Positions 13,001 to 28,000 of a stretch of DNA of 64,000 nucleotides are shown piece after piece; within the stretch, counting starts at the first letter, position 1; each line of letters starts with the position of its first letter. Source of the DNA: Balanoglossus misakiensis (taxonomy: Eukaryota > Animalia > Hemichordata). The notes beneath the pieces are model-generated. The model made no database searches, was not told the origin of the DNA, and saw nothing but the letters and a program-made list of their open reading frames with translations. The translations under genes were made by a program, and so were the position numbers. Location of the stretch: positions 8,297,625-8,361,624 of the forward strand of contig CM082579.2 in NCBI GenBank assembly GCA_040954595.2, read 5' to 3'.

Positions 13001-16000
13001 TCATGAAAATCATCCAAAAATGACAATTTTTCGACTTTGCGAAATATCAAAATTTCTTCATTTTTTTGAAAAAACCATGGGTTATAGCTCATGAAAATCA
13101 TCCAAAAATGACAATTTTTCGACTTTGCGAAATATCAAAATTTCTTCATTTTTTTGAAAAAACCATGGGTTATAGCTCATGAAAATCATCCAAAAATGAC
13201 AATTTTTCGACTTTGCGAAATATCAAAATTTCTTCATTTTTTTGAAAAAAACCATGGGTTATAGCTCATGAAAATCATCCAAAAATGACAATTTTCCGAC
13301 TTTGCGAAATATCAAAATTTCTTCATTTTTTTGAAAAAACCATGGGTTATAGCTCATGAAAATCATCCAAAAATGACAATTTTCCGACTTTGCGAAATAT
13401 TAAAATTTCTTCATTTTTTTGAAAAAACCATGGGTTATAGCTCATGAAAATCATCCAAAAATGACAATTTTTCGACTTTGCGAAATATCAAAATTTCTTC
13501 ATTTTTTTGAAAAAACCATGGGTTATAGCTCATGAAAATCATCCAAAAATGACAATTTTTCGACTTTGCGAAATATTAAAATTTCTTCATTTTTTTGAAA
13601 AAACCATGGGTTATAGCTCATGAAAATCATCCAAAAATGACAATTTTCCGACTTTGCGAAATATCAAAATTTCTTCATTTTTTTGAAAAAACCATGGGTT
13701 ATAGCTCATGAAAATCATCCAAAAATGACAATTTTTCGACTTTGCGAAATATCAAAATTTCTTCATTTTTTTGAAAAAACCATGGGTTATAGCTCATGAA
13801 AATCATCCAAAAATGACAATTTTTCGACTTTGCGAAATATCAAAATTTCTTCATTTTTTTGAAAAAACCATGGGTTATAGCTCATGAAAATCATCCAAAA
13901 ATGACAATTTTTCGACTTTGCGAAATATCAAAATTTTTTCATTTTTTTGAAAAAACCATGGGTTATAGCTCATGAAAATCATCCAAAAATGACAATTTTT
14001 CGACTTTGCGAAATATCAAAATTTCTTCATTTTTTTGAAAAAACCATGGGTTATAGCTCATGAAAATCATCCAAAAATGACAATTTTTCGACTTTGCGAA
14101 ATATTAAAATTTCTTCATTTTTTTGAAAAAACCATGGGTTTTAGCTCATGAAAATCATCCAAAAATGACAATTTTTCGACTTTGCGAAATATCAAAATTT
14201 CTTCATTTTTTTGAAAAAACCATGGGTTATAGCTCATGAAAATCATCCAAAAATGACAATTTTTCGACTTTGCGAAATATCAAAATTTCTTCATTTTTTT
14301 GAAAAAACCATGGGTTATAGCTCATGAAAATCATCCAAAAATGACAATTTTTCGACTTTGCGAAATATCAAAATTTCTTCATTTTTTTGAAAAAACCATG
14401 GGTTATAGCTCATGAAAATCATCCAAAAATGACAATTTTTCGACTTTGCGAAATATCAAAATTTCTTCATTTTTTTGAAAAAACCATGGGTTATAGCTCA
14501 TGAAAATCATCCAAAAATGACAATTTTTCGACTTTGCGAAATATCAAAATTTCTTCATTTTTTTGAAAAAACCATGGGTTATAGCTCATGAAAATCATCC
14601 AAAAATGACAATTTTTCGACTTTGCGAAATATTAAAATTTCTTCATTTTTTTGAAAAAACCATGGGTTATAGCTCATGAAAATCATCCAAAAATGACAAT
14701 TTTTCGACTTTGCGAAATATCAAAATTTCTTCATTTTTTTGAAAAAACCATGGGTTATAGCTCATGAAAATCATCCAAAAATGACAATTTTTCGACTTTG
14801 CGAAATATCAAAATTTCTTCATTTTTTTGAAAAAACCATGGGTTATAGCTCATGAAAATCATCCAAAAATGACAATTTTTCGACTTTGCGAAATATTAAA
14901 ATTTCTTCATTTTTTTGAAAAAACCATGGGTTTTAGCTCATGAAAATCATCCAAAAATGACAATTTTTCGACTTTGCGAAATATCAAAATTTCTTCATTT
15001 TTTTGAAAAAACCATGGGTTATAGCTCATGAAAATCATCCAAAAATGACAATTTTTCGACTTTGCGAAATATCAAAATTTCTTCATTTTTTTGAAAAAAC
15101 CATGGGTTATAGCTCATGAAAATCATCCAAAAATGACAATTTTTCGACTTTGCGAAATATCAAAATTTCTTCATTTTTTTGAAAAAACCATGGGTTATAG
15201 CTCATGAAAATCATCCAAAAATGACAATTTTTCGACTTTGCGAAATATTAAAATTTCTTCATTTTTTTGAAAAAACCATGGGTTATAGCTCATGAAAATC
15301 ATCCAAAAATGAAAATTTTTCGACTTTGCGAAATATCAAAATTTCTTCATTTTTTTGAAAAAACCATGGGTTATAGCTCATGAAAATCATCCAAAAATGA
15401 CAATTTTCCGACTTTGCGAAATATCAAAATTTCTTCATTTTTTTGAAAAAACCATGGGTTATAGCTCATGAAAATCATCCAAAAATGACAATTTTTCGAC
15501 TTTGCGAAATATCAAAATTTCTTCATTTTTTTGAAAAAACCATGGGTTATAGCTCATGAAAATCATCCAAAAATGACAATTTTTCGACTTTGCGAAATAT
15601 TAAAATTTCTTCATTTTTTTGAAAAAACCATGGGTTATAGCTCATGAAAATCATCCAAAAATGACAATTTTTCGACTTTGCGAAATATCAAAATTTCTTC
15701 ATTTTTTTGAAAAAACCATGGGTTATAGCTCATGAAAATCATCCAAAAATGACAATTTTCCGACTTTGCGAAATATCAAAATTTCTTCATTTTTTTGAAA
15801 AAACCATGGGTTATAGCTCATGAAAATCATCCAAAAATGACAATTTTTCGACTTTGCGAAATATCAAAATTTCTTCATTTTTTTGAAAAAACCATGGGTT
15901 ATAGCTCATGAAAATCATCCAAAAATGACAATTTTTCGACTTTGCGAAATATCAAAATTTCTTCATTTTTTTGAAAAAACCATGGGTTATAGCTCATGAA

Positions 16001-19000
16001 AATCATCCAAAAATGACAATTTTTCGACTTTGCGAAATATCAAAATTTCTTCATTTTTTTGAAAAAACCATGGGTTATAGCTCATGAAAATCATCCAAAA
16101 ATGACAATTTTTCGACTTTGCGAAATATTAAAATTTCTTCATTTTTTTGAAAAAACCATGGGTTTTAGCTCATGAAAATCATCCAAAAATGACAATTTTT
16201 CGACTTTGCGAAATATCAAAATTTCTTCATTTTTTTGAAAAAACCATGGGTTATAGCTCATGAAAATCATCCAAAAATGACAATTTTTCGACTTTGCGAA
16301 ATATCAAAATTTCTTCATTTTTTTGAAAAAACCATGGGTTATAGCTCATGAAAATCATCCAAAAATGACAATTTTTCGACTTTGCGAAATATCAAAATTT
16401 CTTCATTTTTTTGAAAAAACCATGGGTTATAGCTCATGAAAATCATCCAAAAATGACAATTTTTCGACTTTGCGAAATATCAAAATTTCTTCATTTTTTT
16501 GAAAAAACCATGGGTTATAGCTCATGAAAATCATCCAAAAATGACAATTATTCGACTTTGCGAAATATCAAAATTTCTTCATTTTTTTGAAAAAACCATG
16601 GGTTATAGCTCATGAAAATCATCCAAAAATGACAATTTTTCGACTTTGCGAAATATTAAAATTTCTTCATTTTTTTGAAAAAACCATGGGTTATAGCTCA
16701 TGAAAATCATCCAAAAATGACAATTTTTCGACTTTGTGAAATATCAAAATTTCTTCATTTTTTGAAAAAACCATGGGTTATATAGCTCATGAAAATCATC
16801 CAAAAATGACAATTTTCCGACTTTGCGAAATATCAAAATTTCTTCATTTTTTGAAAAAACCATGGGTTATAGCTCATGAAAATCATCCAAAAATGACAAC
16901 TTTTCGACTTTGCGAAATATTAAAATTTCTTCATTTTTTTGAAAAAACCATGGGTTATATAGCTCATGAAAATCATCCAAAAATGACAATTTTTCGACTT
17001 TGCGAAATATTAAAATTTCTTCATTTTTTTGAAAAAACCATGGGTTATAGCTCATGAAAATCATCCAAAAATGAAAATTTTTCGACTTTGCGAAATATCA
17101 AAATTTCTTCATTTTTTTGAAAAAACCATGGGTTATAGCTCATGAAAATCATCCAAAAATGACAATTTTCCGACTTTGCGAAATATCAAAATTTCTTCAT
17201 TTTTTTGAAAAAACCATGGGTTATAGCTCATGAAAATCATCCAAAAATGACAATTTTTCGACTTTGCGAAATATCAAAATTTCTTCATTTTTTTGAAAAA
17301 ACCATGGGTTATAGCTCATGAAAATCATCCAAAAATGACAATTTTTCGACTTTGCGAAATATTAAAATTTCTTCATTTTTTTGAAAAAACCATGGGTTAT
17401 AGCTCATGAAAATCATCCAAAAATGACAATTTTTCGACTTTGCGAAATATCAAAATTTCTTCATTTTTTTGAAAAAACCATGGGTTATAGCTCATGAAAA
17501 TCATCCAAAAATGACAATTTTCCGACTTTGCGAAATATCAAAATTTCTTCATTTTTTTGAAAAAACCATGGGTTATAGCTCATGAAAATCATCCAAAAAT
17601 GACAATTTTTCGACTTTGCGAAATATCAAAATTTCTTCATTTTTTTGAAAAAACCATGGGTTATAGCTCATGAAAATCATCCAAAAATGACAATTTTTCG
17701 ACTTTGCGAAATATCAAAATTTCTTCATTTTTTTGAAAAAACCATGGGTTATAGCTCATGAAAATCATCCAAAAATGACAATTTTTCGACTTTGCGAAAT
17801 ATCAAAATTTCTTCATTTTTTTGAAAAAACCATGGGTTATAGCTCATGAAAATCATCCAAAAATGACAATTTTTCGACTTTGCGAAATATTAAAATTTCT
17901 TCATTTTTTTGAAAAAACCATGGGTTTTAGCTCATGAAAATCATCCAAAAATGACAATTTTTCGACTTTGCGAAATATCAAAATTTCTTCATTTTTTTGA
18001 AAAAACCATGGGTTATAGCTCATGAAAATCATCCAAAAATGACAATTTTTCGACTTTGCGAAATATCAAAATTTCTTCATTTTTTTGAAAAAACCATGGG
18101 TTATAGCTCATGAAAATCATCCAAAAATGACAATTTTTCGACTTTGCGAAATATCAAAATTTCTTCATTTTTTTGAAAAAACCATGGGTTATAGCTCATG
18201 AAAATCATCCAAAAATGACAATTTTTCGACTTTGCGAAATATCAAAATTTCTTCATTTTTTTGAAAAAACCATGGGTTATAGCTCATGAAAATCATCCAA
18301 AAATGACAATTTTTCGACTTTGCGAAATATTAAAATTTCTTCATTTTTTTGAAAAAACCATGGGTTATAGCTCATGAAAATCATCCAAAAATGACAATTT
18401 TTCGACTTTGCGAAATATCAAAATTTCTTCATTTTTTTGAAAAAACCATGGGTTATAGCTCATGAAAATCATCCAAAAATGACAATTTTTCGACTTTGCG
18501 AAATATCAAAATTTCTTCATTTTTTTGAAAAAACCATGGGTTATAGCTCATGAAAATCATCCAAAAATGACAATTATTCGACTTTGCGAAATATCAAAAT
18601 TTCTTCATTTTTTTGAAAAAACCATGGGTTATAGCTCATGAAAATCATCCAAAAATGACAATTTTTCGACTTTGCGAAATATTAAAATTTCTTCATTTTT
18701 TTGAAAAAACCATGGGTTATAGCTCATGAAAATCATCCAAAAATGACAATTTTTCGACTTTGTGAAATATCAAAATTTCTTCATTTTTTGAAAAAACCAT
18801 GGGTTATATAGCTCATGAAAATCATCCAAAAATGACAATTTTCCGACTTTGCGAAATATCAAAATTTCTTCATTTTTTGAAAAAACCATGGGTTATAGCT
18901 CATGAAAATCATCCAAAAATGACAACTTTTCGACTTTGCGAAATATTAAAATTTCTTCATTTTTTTGAAAAAACCATGGGTTATATAGCTCATGAAAATC

Positions 19001-22000
19001 ATCCAAAAATGACAATTTTTCGACTTTGCGAAATATTAAAATTTCTTCATTTTTTTGAAAAAACCATGGGTTATAGCTCATGAAAATCATCCAAAAATGA
19101 CAATTTTTCGACTTTGCGAAATATTAAAATTTCTTCATTTTTTTAAAAACCATGGGTTATAGCTCATGAAAATCATCCAAAAAATGACATTTTTCGACTT
19201 TGCGAATATCAAAATTTCTTCATTTTTTGAAAAACCATGGGTTATAGCTCATGAAAATCATCCAAAAATGAAAATTTTTCGACTTTGCGAAATATCAAAA
19301 TTTCTTCATTTTTTTGAAAAAACCATGGGTTATAGCTCATGAAAATCATCCAAAAATGACAATTTTTCGACTTTGCGAAATATCAAAATTTCTCATTTTT
19401 TTGAAAAAACCATGGTTATAGCTCCATGAAAATCATCCAAAAATGACAATTTTTCGACTTTGCGAAATATCAAAATTTCTTCATTTATTGAAAAAAACAT
19501 GGGTTATAGCTCATGAAAATCATCCAAAAATGACAATTTTTTCGGACTTTGCGAAATATCAAAATTTCTTCATTTTTTTGAAAAAACCATGGGTTATAGC
19601 TCATGAAAATCATCCAAAAATGACAATTTTCGACTTTGCGAAATATTAAAATTTCTTCATTTTTATGTAAATACCATGGGTTTATAGCTCATGAAAATCA
19701 TCTAAAAATGACAATTTTTCGACTTTGCGAAATATCAAAATTTCTTCATTTTTTGAAAAAAAACATGGGTTATAGCTCATGAAAATCATCCAAAAATGAC
19801 AATTTTTTCGACTTTGCGAAATATCAAAATTTCTTCATTTTTTTGAAAAAAACCATGGGTTATAGCTCATGAAAATCATCCAAAAATGACAATTTTTCCG
19901 ACTTTGCGAAATATCAAAATTTCTTCATTTTTTTGAAAAAACCATGGGTTATAGCTCATGAAAATCATCCAAAAATGACAACTTTTCGACTTTGCGAAAT
20001 ATTCAAAATTTCTTCATTTTTTTGAAAAAACCATGGGTTATAGCTCATGAAAATCATCCAAAAATGACAACTTTTCGACTTTGCGAAATATTAAAATTTC
20101 TTCATTTTTTTGAAAAAAACCATGGGTTATAGCTCATGAAAATCATCCAAAAATGACAACTTTTCGACTTTGCGAAATATTAAAATTTTCTTCATTTTTT
20201 TGAAAAAACCATGGGTTATAGCTCATGAAAATCATCCAAAAATGACAATTTTTCGACTTTGCGAAATATCAAAATTTCTTCATTTTTTTGAAAAAACCAT
20301 GGGTTATAGCTCATGAAAATCATCCAAAAATGACAATTTTTCGACTTTGCGAAATATCAAAATTTCTTCATTTTTTGAAAAAACCATGGGTTATAGCTCA
20401 TGAAAATCATCCAAAAATGACAATTTTCGACTTTGCGAAATATCAAAATTTCTTCATTTTTTTGAAAAAACCATGGTTATAGCTCATGAAAAATCATCCA
20501 AAAATGACAATTTTTCGACTTTGCGAAATATCAAATTTCTTCATTTTTTTGAAAAAAACCATGGGTTATAGCTCATGAAAATCATCCAAAAATGACAATT
20601 TTTCGACTTTGCGAAATATCAAAATTTCTTCATTTTTTTGAAAAAACCATGGTTATAGCTCATGAAAATCATCCAAAAATGACAATTTTCTGACTTTGCG
20701 AAATATTAAAATTTCTTCATTTTTTTGAAAAACCATGGGTTATAGCTCATTGAAAATCATCCAAAAATGACAATTTTTCGACTTTGCGAAATATTAAAAT
20801 TTCTTCATTTTTTTGAAAAAACCATGGGTTATAGCTCATGAAAATCATCCAAAAATGACAATTTTTCCGACTTTGCGAAATATCAAATTTCTTCATTTTT
20901 TTGAAAAAACCATGGGTTATAGCTCATGAAAATCATCCAAAAATGACAATTTTTCGACTTTGCGAAATATCAAATTTCTTCATTTTTTTTGAAAAAACCA
21001 TGGGTTATAGCTCATGAAAATCATCAAAATGACAACTTTTCGACTTTGCGAAATATCAAAATTTCTTCATTTTTTTGAAAAAACCATGGGTTATAGCTCA
21101 TGAAAATCATCCAAAAATGACAATTTTTCCGGACTTTGCGAAATATAATTTGAAAACCATGGGTTATAGCTCATGACTCATCAAATGACTTTGACTTACA
21201 ATTTCTTCATTTTTTTGAAAAAACCATGGGTTATAGCTCATGAAAATCATCCAAAAATGACAATTTTTCCGACTTTGGCGAAATATCAAAATTTCTTCAT
21301 TTTTTTGAAAAAACCATGGGTTACTAGCTCATGAAAATCATCAAAATGACAATTTTTCGACTTTGCGAAATATCAAATTTCTTCATTTTTTTTGAAAAAC
21401 CATGGGTTTATAGCTCATGAAAATCATCAAAAATGACAATTTTTCCGACTTTGGAAATATTAAAATTTCTCACTTTTTTGAAAACCATGGGTTATAGCTC
21501 ATGAAAATCATCCAAAAATGACAATTTTTCGACTTTGCGAAATATTAAAATTTCTTCATTTTTTTGAAAAACCATTATCAAAATTTCTTCATTTTTTTGA
21601 AAAAAACCATGGGTTATAGCTCATGAAAATCATCCAAAATGACAATTTTTCGACTTTGCGAAATATTAAAATTTCTTCATTTTTTTTGAAAAAACCATGG
21701 GTTATAGCTCATGAAAATCATCCAAAAATGACAATTTTTCGACTTTGCGAAATATCAAAATTTCTTCATTTTTTTGAAAAAACCATGGGTTATAGCTCAT
21801 GAAAATCATCCAAAAATGACAATTTTCCGACTTTGCGAAATATCAAAATTTCTTCATTTTTTTGAAAAAACCATGGGTTATAGCTCATGAAAATCATCCA
21901 AAAATGACAATTTTTCGACTTTGCGAAATATCAAAATTTCTTCATTTTTTTGAAAAAACCATGGTTATAGCTCATGAAAATCATCCAAAAATGACAATTT

Positions 22001-25000
22001 TTCGACTTTGCGAAATATCAAAATTTCTTCATTTTTTTGAAAAAACCATGGGTTATAGCTCATGAAAATCATCCAAAAATGACAATTTTTCGACTTTGCG
22101 AAATATCAAAATTTCTTCATTTTTTTGAAAAAACCATGGGTTTTAGCTCATGAAAATCATCCAAAATGACAATTTTTCGACTTTGCGAAATATCAAAATT
22201 TCTTCATTTTTTTGAAAAAACCATGGGTTATAGCTCATGAAAATCATCCAAAAATGACAATTTTTCGACTTTGCGAAATATCAAAATTTCTTCATTTTTT
22301 TGAAAAAACCATGGGTTATAGCTCATGAAAATCATCCAAAAATGACAATTTTTCGACTTTGCGAAATATCAAAATTTCTTCATTTTTTTGAAAAAACCAT
22401 GGGTTATAGCTCATGAAAATCATCCAAAAATGACAATTTTTCGACTTTGCGAAATATCAAAATTTCTTCATTTTTTTGAAAAAACCATGGGTTATAGCTC
22501 ATGAAAATCATCCAAAAATGACAATTTTTCGACTTTGCGAAATATCAAAATTTCTTCATTTTTTGAAAAAAACCATGGGTTATAGCTCATGAAAATCATC
22601 CAAAAATGACAATTTTTCGACTTTGCGAAATATCAAAATTTCTTCATTTTTTTGAAAAAACCATGGGTTATAGCTCATGAAAATCATCCAAAAATGACAA
22701 TTTTTCGACTTTGCGGAATATCAAAATTTCTTCATTTTTTTGAAAAAACCATGGGTTATAGCTCATGAAAATCATCCAAAAATGACAATTTTTCGACTTT
22801 GCGAAATATTAAAATTTCTTCATTTTTTTGAAAAAACCATGGGTTATAGCTCATGAAAATCATCCAAAAATGACAATTTTTCGACTTTGCGAAATATCAA
22901 AATTTCTTCATTTTTTTGAAAAAACCATGGGTTATAGCTCATGAAAATCATCCAAAAATGACAATTTTCGACTTTGCGAATATCAAAATTTCTTCATTAT
23001 TTTGAAAAAACCATGGGTTATAGCTCATGAAAATCATCCAAAAATGACAATTTTTCGACTTTGCGAAATATCAAAATTTCTTCATTTTTTGAAAAAAACC
23101 ATGGGTTATAGCTCATGAAAATCATCCAAAAATGACAATTTTTCGACTTTGCGAAATATTAAAATTTCTTCATTTTTTTGAAAAAACCATGGGTTATAGC
23201 TCATGAAAATCATCCAAAAATGACAATTTTTCGACTTTGCGAAATATCAAAATTTCTTCATTTTTTTGAAAAAACCATGGGTTATAGCTCATGAAAATCA
23301 TCCAAAAATGACAATTTTCCGACTTTGCGAAATATCAAAATTTCTTCATTTTTTTGAAAAAACCATGGGTTATAGCTCATGAAAATCATCCAAAAATGAC
23401 AATTTTTCGACTTTGCGAAATATCAAAATTTCTTCATTTTTTTGAAAAAACCATGGGTTATAGCTCATGAAAATCATCCAAAAATGACAATTTTTCGACT
23501 TTGCGAAATATTAAAATTTCTTCATTTTTTTGAAAAAACCATGGGTTATAGCTCATGAAAATCATCCAAAAATGACAATTTTCCGACTTTGCGAAATATC
23601 AAAATTTCTTCATTTTTTTGAAAAAACCATGGGTTATAGCTCATGAAAATCATCCAAAAATGACAATTTTTCGACTTTGCGAAATATCAAAATTTCTTCA
23701 TTTTTTTGAAAAAACCATGGGTTATAGCTCATGAAAATCATCCAAAAATGACAATTTTTCGACTTTGCGAAATATCAAAATTTCTTCATTTTTTGAAAAA
23801 ACCATGGGTTATAGCTCATGAAAATCATCCAAAAATGACAATTTTTCGACTTTGCGAAATATCAAAATTTCTTCATTTTTTTGAAAAACCATGGGTTATA
23901 GCTCATGAAAATCATCCAAAAATGACAATTTTTCGACTTTGCGAAATATCAAAATTTCTTCATTTTTTTGAAAAAACCATGGGTTATAGCTCATGAAAAT
24001 CATCCAAAAATGACAATTTTTCGACTTTGCGAAATATTAAAATTTCTTCATTTTTTTGAAAAAACCATGGGTTTTAGCTCATGAAAATCATCCAAAAATG
24101 ACAATTTTTCGACTTTGCGAAATATCAAAATTTCTTCATTTTTTTGAAAAAACCATGGGTTATAGCTCATGAAAATCATCCAAAAATGACAATTTTTCGA
24201 CTTTGCGAAATATCAAAATTTCTTCATTTTTTTGAAAAACCATGGGTTATAGCTCATGAAAATCATCCAAAAATGACAATTTTTCGACTTTGCGAAATAT
24301 CAAAATTTCTTCATTTTTTTGAAAAAACCATGGGTTATAGCTCATGAAAATCATCCAAAAATGACAATTTTTCGACTTTGCGAAATATCAAAATTTCTTC
24401 ATTTTTTTGAAAAAACCATGGGTTATAGCTCATGAAAATCATCCAAAAATGACAATTTTTCGACTTTGCGAAATATCAAAATTTCTTCATTTTTTTGAAA
24501 AAACCATGGGTTATAGCTCATGAAAATCATCCAAAAATGACAATTTTTCGACTTTGCGAAATATCAAAATTTCTTCATTTTTTTGAAAAAACCATGGGTT
24601 ATAGCTCATGAAAATCATCCAAAAAATGACAATTTTTCGACTTTGCGAAATATTAAAATTTCTTCATTTTTTTGAAAAAACCATGGGTTATAGCTCATGA
24701 AAATCATCCAAAATGACAATTTTTCGACTTTGCGAAATATCAAAATTTCTTCATTTTTTTGAAAAAACCATGGGTTATAGCTCATGAAAATCATCCAAAA
24801 ATGACAATTTTTCGACTTTGCGAAATATCAAAATTTCTTCATTTTTTTGAAAAAACCATGGGTTATAGCTCATGAAAATCATCCAAAAATGACAATTATT
24901 CGACTTTGCGAAATATCAAAATTTCTTCATTTTTTTGAAAAAACCATGGGTTATAGCTCATGAAAATCATCCAAAAATGACAATTTTTCGACTTTGCGAA

Positions 25001-28000
25001 ATATTAAAATTTCTTCATTTTTTTGAAAAAACCATGGGTTATAGCTCATGAAAATCATCCAAAAATGACAATTTTTCGACTTTGCGAAATATCAAAATTT
25101 CTTCATTTTTTGAAAAAACCATGGGTTATATAGCTCATGAAATCATCCAAAAATGACAATTTTCCGACTTTGCGAAATATCAAAATTTCTTCATTTTTTG
25201 AAAAAACCATGGGTTATAGCTCAAGAAAATCATCCAAAAATGACAACTTTTCGACTTTGAGAAATATTAAAATTTCTTCATTTTTTTGAAAAAACCATGG
25301 GTTATATAGCTCATGAAAATCATCCAAAAATGACAATTTTTCGACTTTGCGAAATATTAAAATTTCTTCATTTTTTTGAAAAAACCATGGGTTATAGCTC
25401 ATGAAAATCATCCAAAAATGACAATTTTTTGACTTTGCGAAATATTAAAATTTCTTCATTTTTTTGAAAAAACCATGGTTTATAGCTCATGAAAATCATC
25501 CAAAAATGACAATTTTTCGACTTTGCGAAATATCAAAATTTCTTCATTTTTTTGAAAAAACCATGGGTTATAGCTCATGAAAATCATCCAAAAATGACAA
25601 TTTTTCGACTTTGCGAAATATCAAAATTTCTTCATTTTTTTTTAAAAAACCATGGGTTATAGCTCATGAAAATCATCCAAAAATGACAATTTTTCGACTT
25701 TGCGAAATATCAAAATTTCTTCATTTTTTTGAAAAAACCATGGGTTATAGCTCATGAAAATCATCCAAAAATGACAATTTTTCGACTTTGCGAAATATCA
25801 AAATTTCTTCATTTTTTTGAAAAAACCATGGGTTATAGCTCATGAAAATCATCCAAAAATGACAATTTTTCGACTTTGCGAAATATCAAAATTTCTTCAT
25901 TTTTTTGAAAAAAACATGGGTTATAGCTCATGAAAATCATCCAAAAATGACAATTTTTCGACTTTGCGAAATATCAAAATTTCTTCATTTTTTGAAAAAA
26001 CCATGGGTTATAGCTCATGAAAATCATCCAAAAATGACAATTTTTCGACTTTGCGAAATATCAAAATTTCTTCATTTTTTTGAAAAAACCATGGGTTATA
26101 GCTCATGAAAATCATCCAAAAATGACAATTTTTCGACTTTGCGAAATATCAAAATTTCTTCATTTTTTTGAAAAAACCATGGGTTATAGCTCATGAAAAT
26201 CATCCAAAAATGACAATTTTTCGACTTTGCGAAATATTAAAATTTCTTCATTTTTTGAAAAAACCATGGGTTATAGCTCATGAAAATCATCCAAAAATGA
26301 CAATTTTTCGACTTTGCGAAATATCAAAATTTCTTCATTTTTTTTGAAAAAACCATGGGTTATAGCTCATGAAAATCATCCAAAAATGACAATTTTCCGA
26401 CTTTGCGAAATATCAAAATTTCTTCATTTTTTTGAAAAAACCATGGGTTATAGCTCATGAAAATCATCCAAAAATGACAATTTTCCGACTTTGCGAAATA
26501 TCAAAATTTCTTCATTTATTGAAAAAACCATGGGTTATAGCTCATGAAAATCATCCAAAAATGACAATTTTTCGACTTTGCGAAATATCAAAATTTCTTC
26601 ATTTTTTTGAAAAAACATGGGTTATAGCTCATGAAAATCATCCAAAAATGACAATTTTTCGACTTTGCGAAATATTAAAATTTCTTCATTTTTTGAAAAA
26701 ACCATGGGTTATAGCTCATGAAAATCATCCAAAATGACAATTTTCGACTTTGCGAAATATCAAAATTTCTTCATTTTTTTGAAAAAACCATGGGTTATAG
26801 CTCATGAAAATCATCCAAAAATGACAATTTTTCGACTTTGCGAAATATCAAAATTTCTTCATTTTTTTGAAAAAACCATGGGTTATAGCTCATGAAAATC
26901 ATCCAAAAATGACAATTTTTCGACTTTGCGAAATATCAAAATTTTCTTCATTTTTTGAAAAAAACATGGGTTATAGCTCATGAAAATCATCCAAAAATGA
27001 CAATTTTTCGACTTTGCGAAATATCAAAATTTCTTCATTTTTTGAAAAAACCATGGGTTATAGCTCATGAAAATCATCCAAAAATGACAATTTTTCGACT
27101 TTGCGAAATATCAAAATTTCTTCATTTTTTTGAAAAAACCATGGGTTATAGCTCATGAAAATCATCCAAAAATGACAATTTTCGACTTTGCGAAATATCA
27201 AAATTTCTTCATTTTTTTGAAAAAACCATGGGTTATAGCTCATGAAAATCATCCAAAAATGACAATTTTTCGACTTTGCGAAATATCAAAATTTCTTCAT
27301 TTTTTTGAAAAAACCATGGGTTATAGCTCATGAAAATCATCCAAAAATGACAATTTTTCGACTTTGCGAAATATCAAAATTTCTTCATTTTTTTGAAAAA
27401 ACCATGGGTTATAGCTCATGAAATCATCCAAAAATGACAATTTTTCGACTTTGCGAAATATCAAAATTTCTTCATTTTTTTGAAAAAACCATGGGTTATA
27501 GCTCATGAAAATCATCCAAAAATGACAATTTTTCGACTTTGCGAAATATCAAAATTTCTTCATTTTTTTGAAAAAAACATGGGTTATAGCTCATGAAAAT
27601 CATCCAAAAATGACAATTTTTCGACTTTGCGAAATATCAAAATTTCTTCATTTTTTTGAAAAAAACATGGGTTATAGCTCATGAAAATCATCCAAAAATG
27701 ACAATTTTTCGACTTTGCGAAATATCAAAATTTCTTCATTTTTTTTGAAAAAACCATGGGTTATAGCTCATGAAAATCATCCAAAAATGACAATTTTTCG
27801 ACTTTGCGAAATATCAAAATTTCTTCATTTTTTTGAAAAACCATGGGTTATAGCTCATGAAAATCATCCAAAAATGACAATTTTTCGACTTTGCGAAATA
27901 TTAAAATTTCTTCATTTTTTTGAAAAAACCATGGGTTATGCTCATGAAAATCATCCAAAAAATGACAATTTTTCGACTTTGCGAAATATCAAAATTTCTT

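Noticed and set aside
13380-13400. CENP-B box in the monomer (TTCG...CG)
   Set aside because: The consensus TTCG-N6-CGAA does not fit the TTCG-N4-A-N2-CGGG spacing or sequence.
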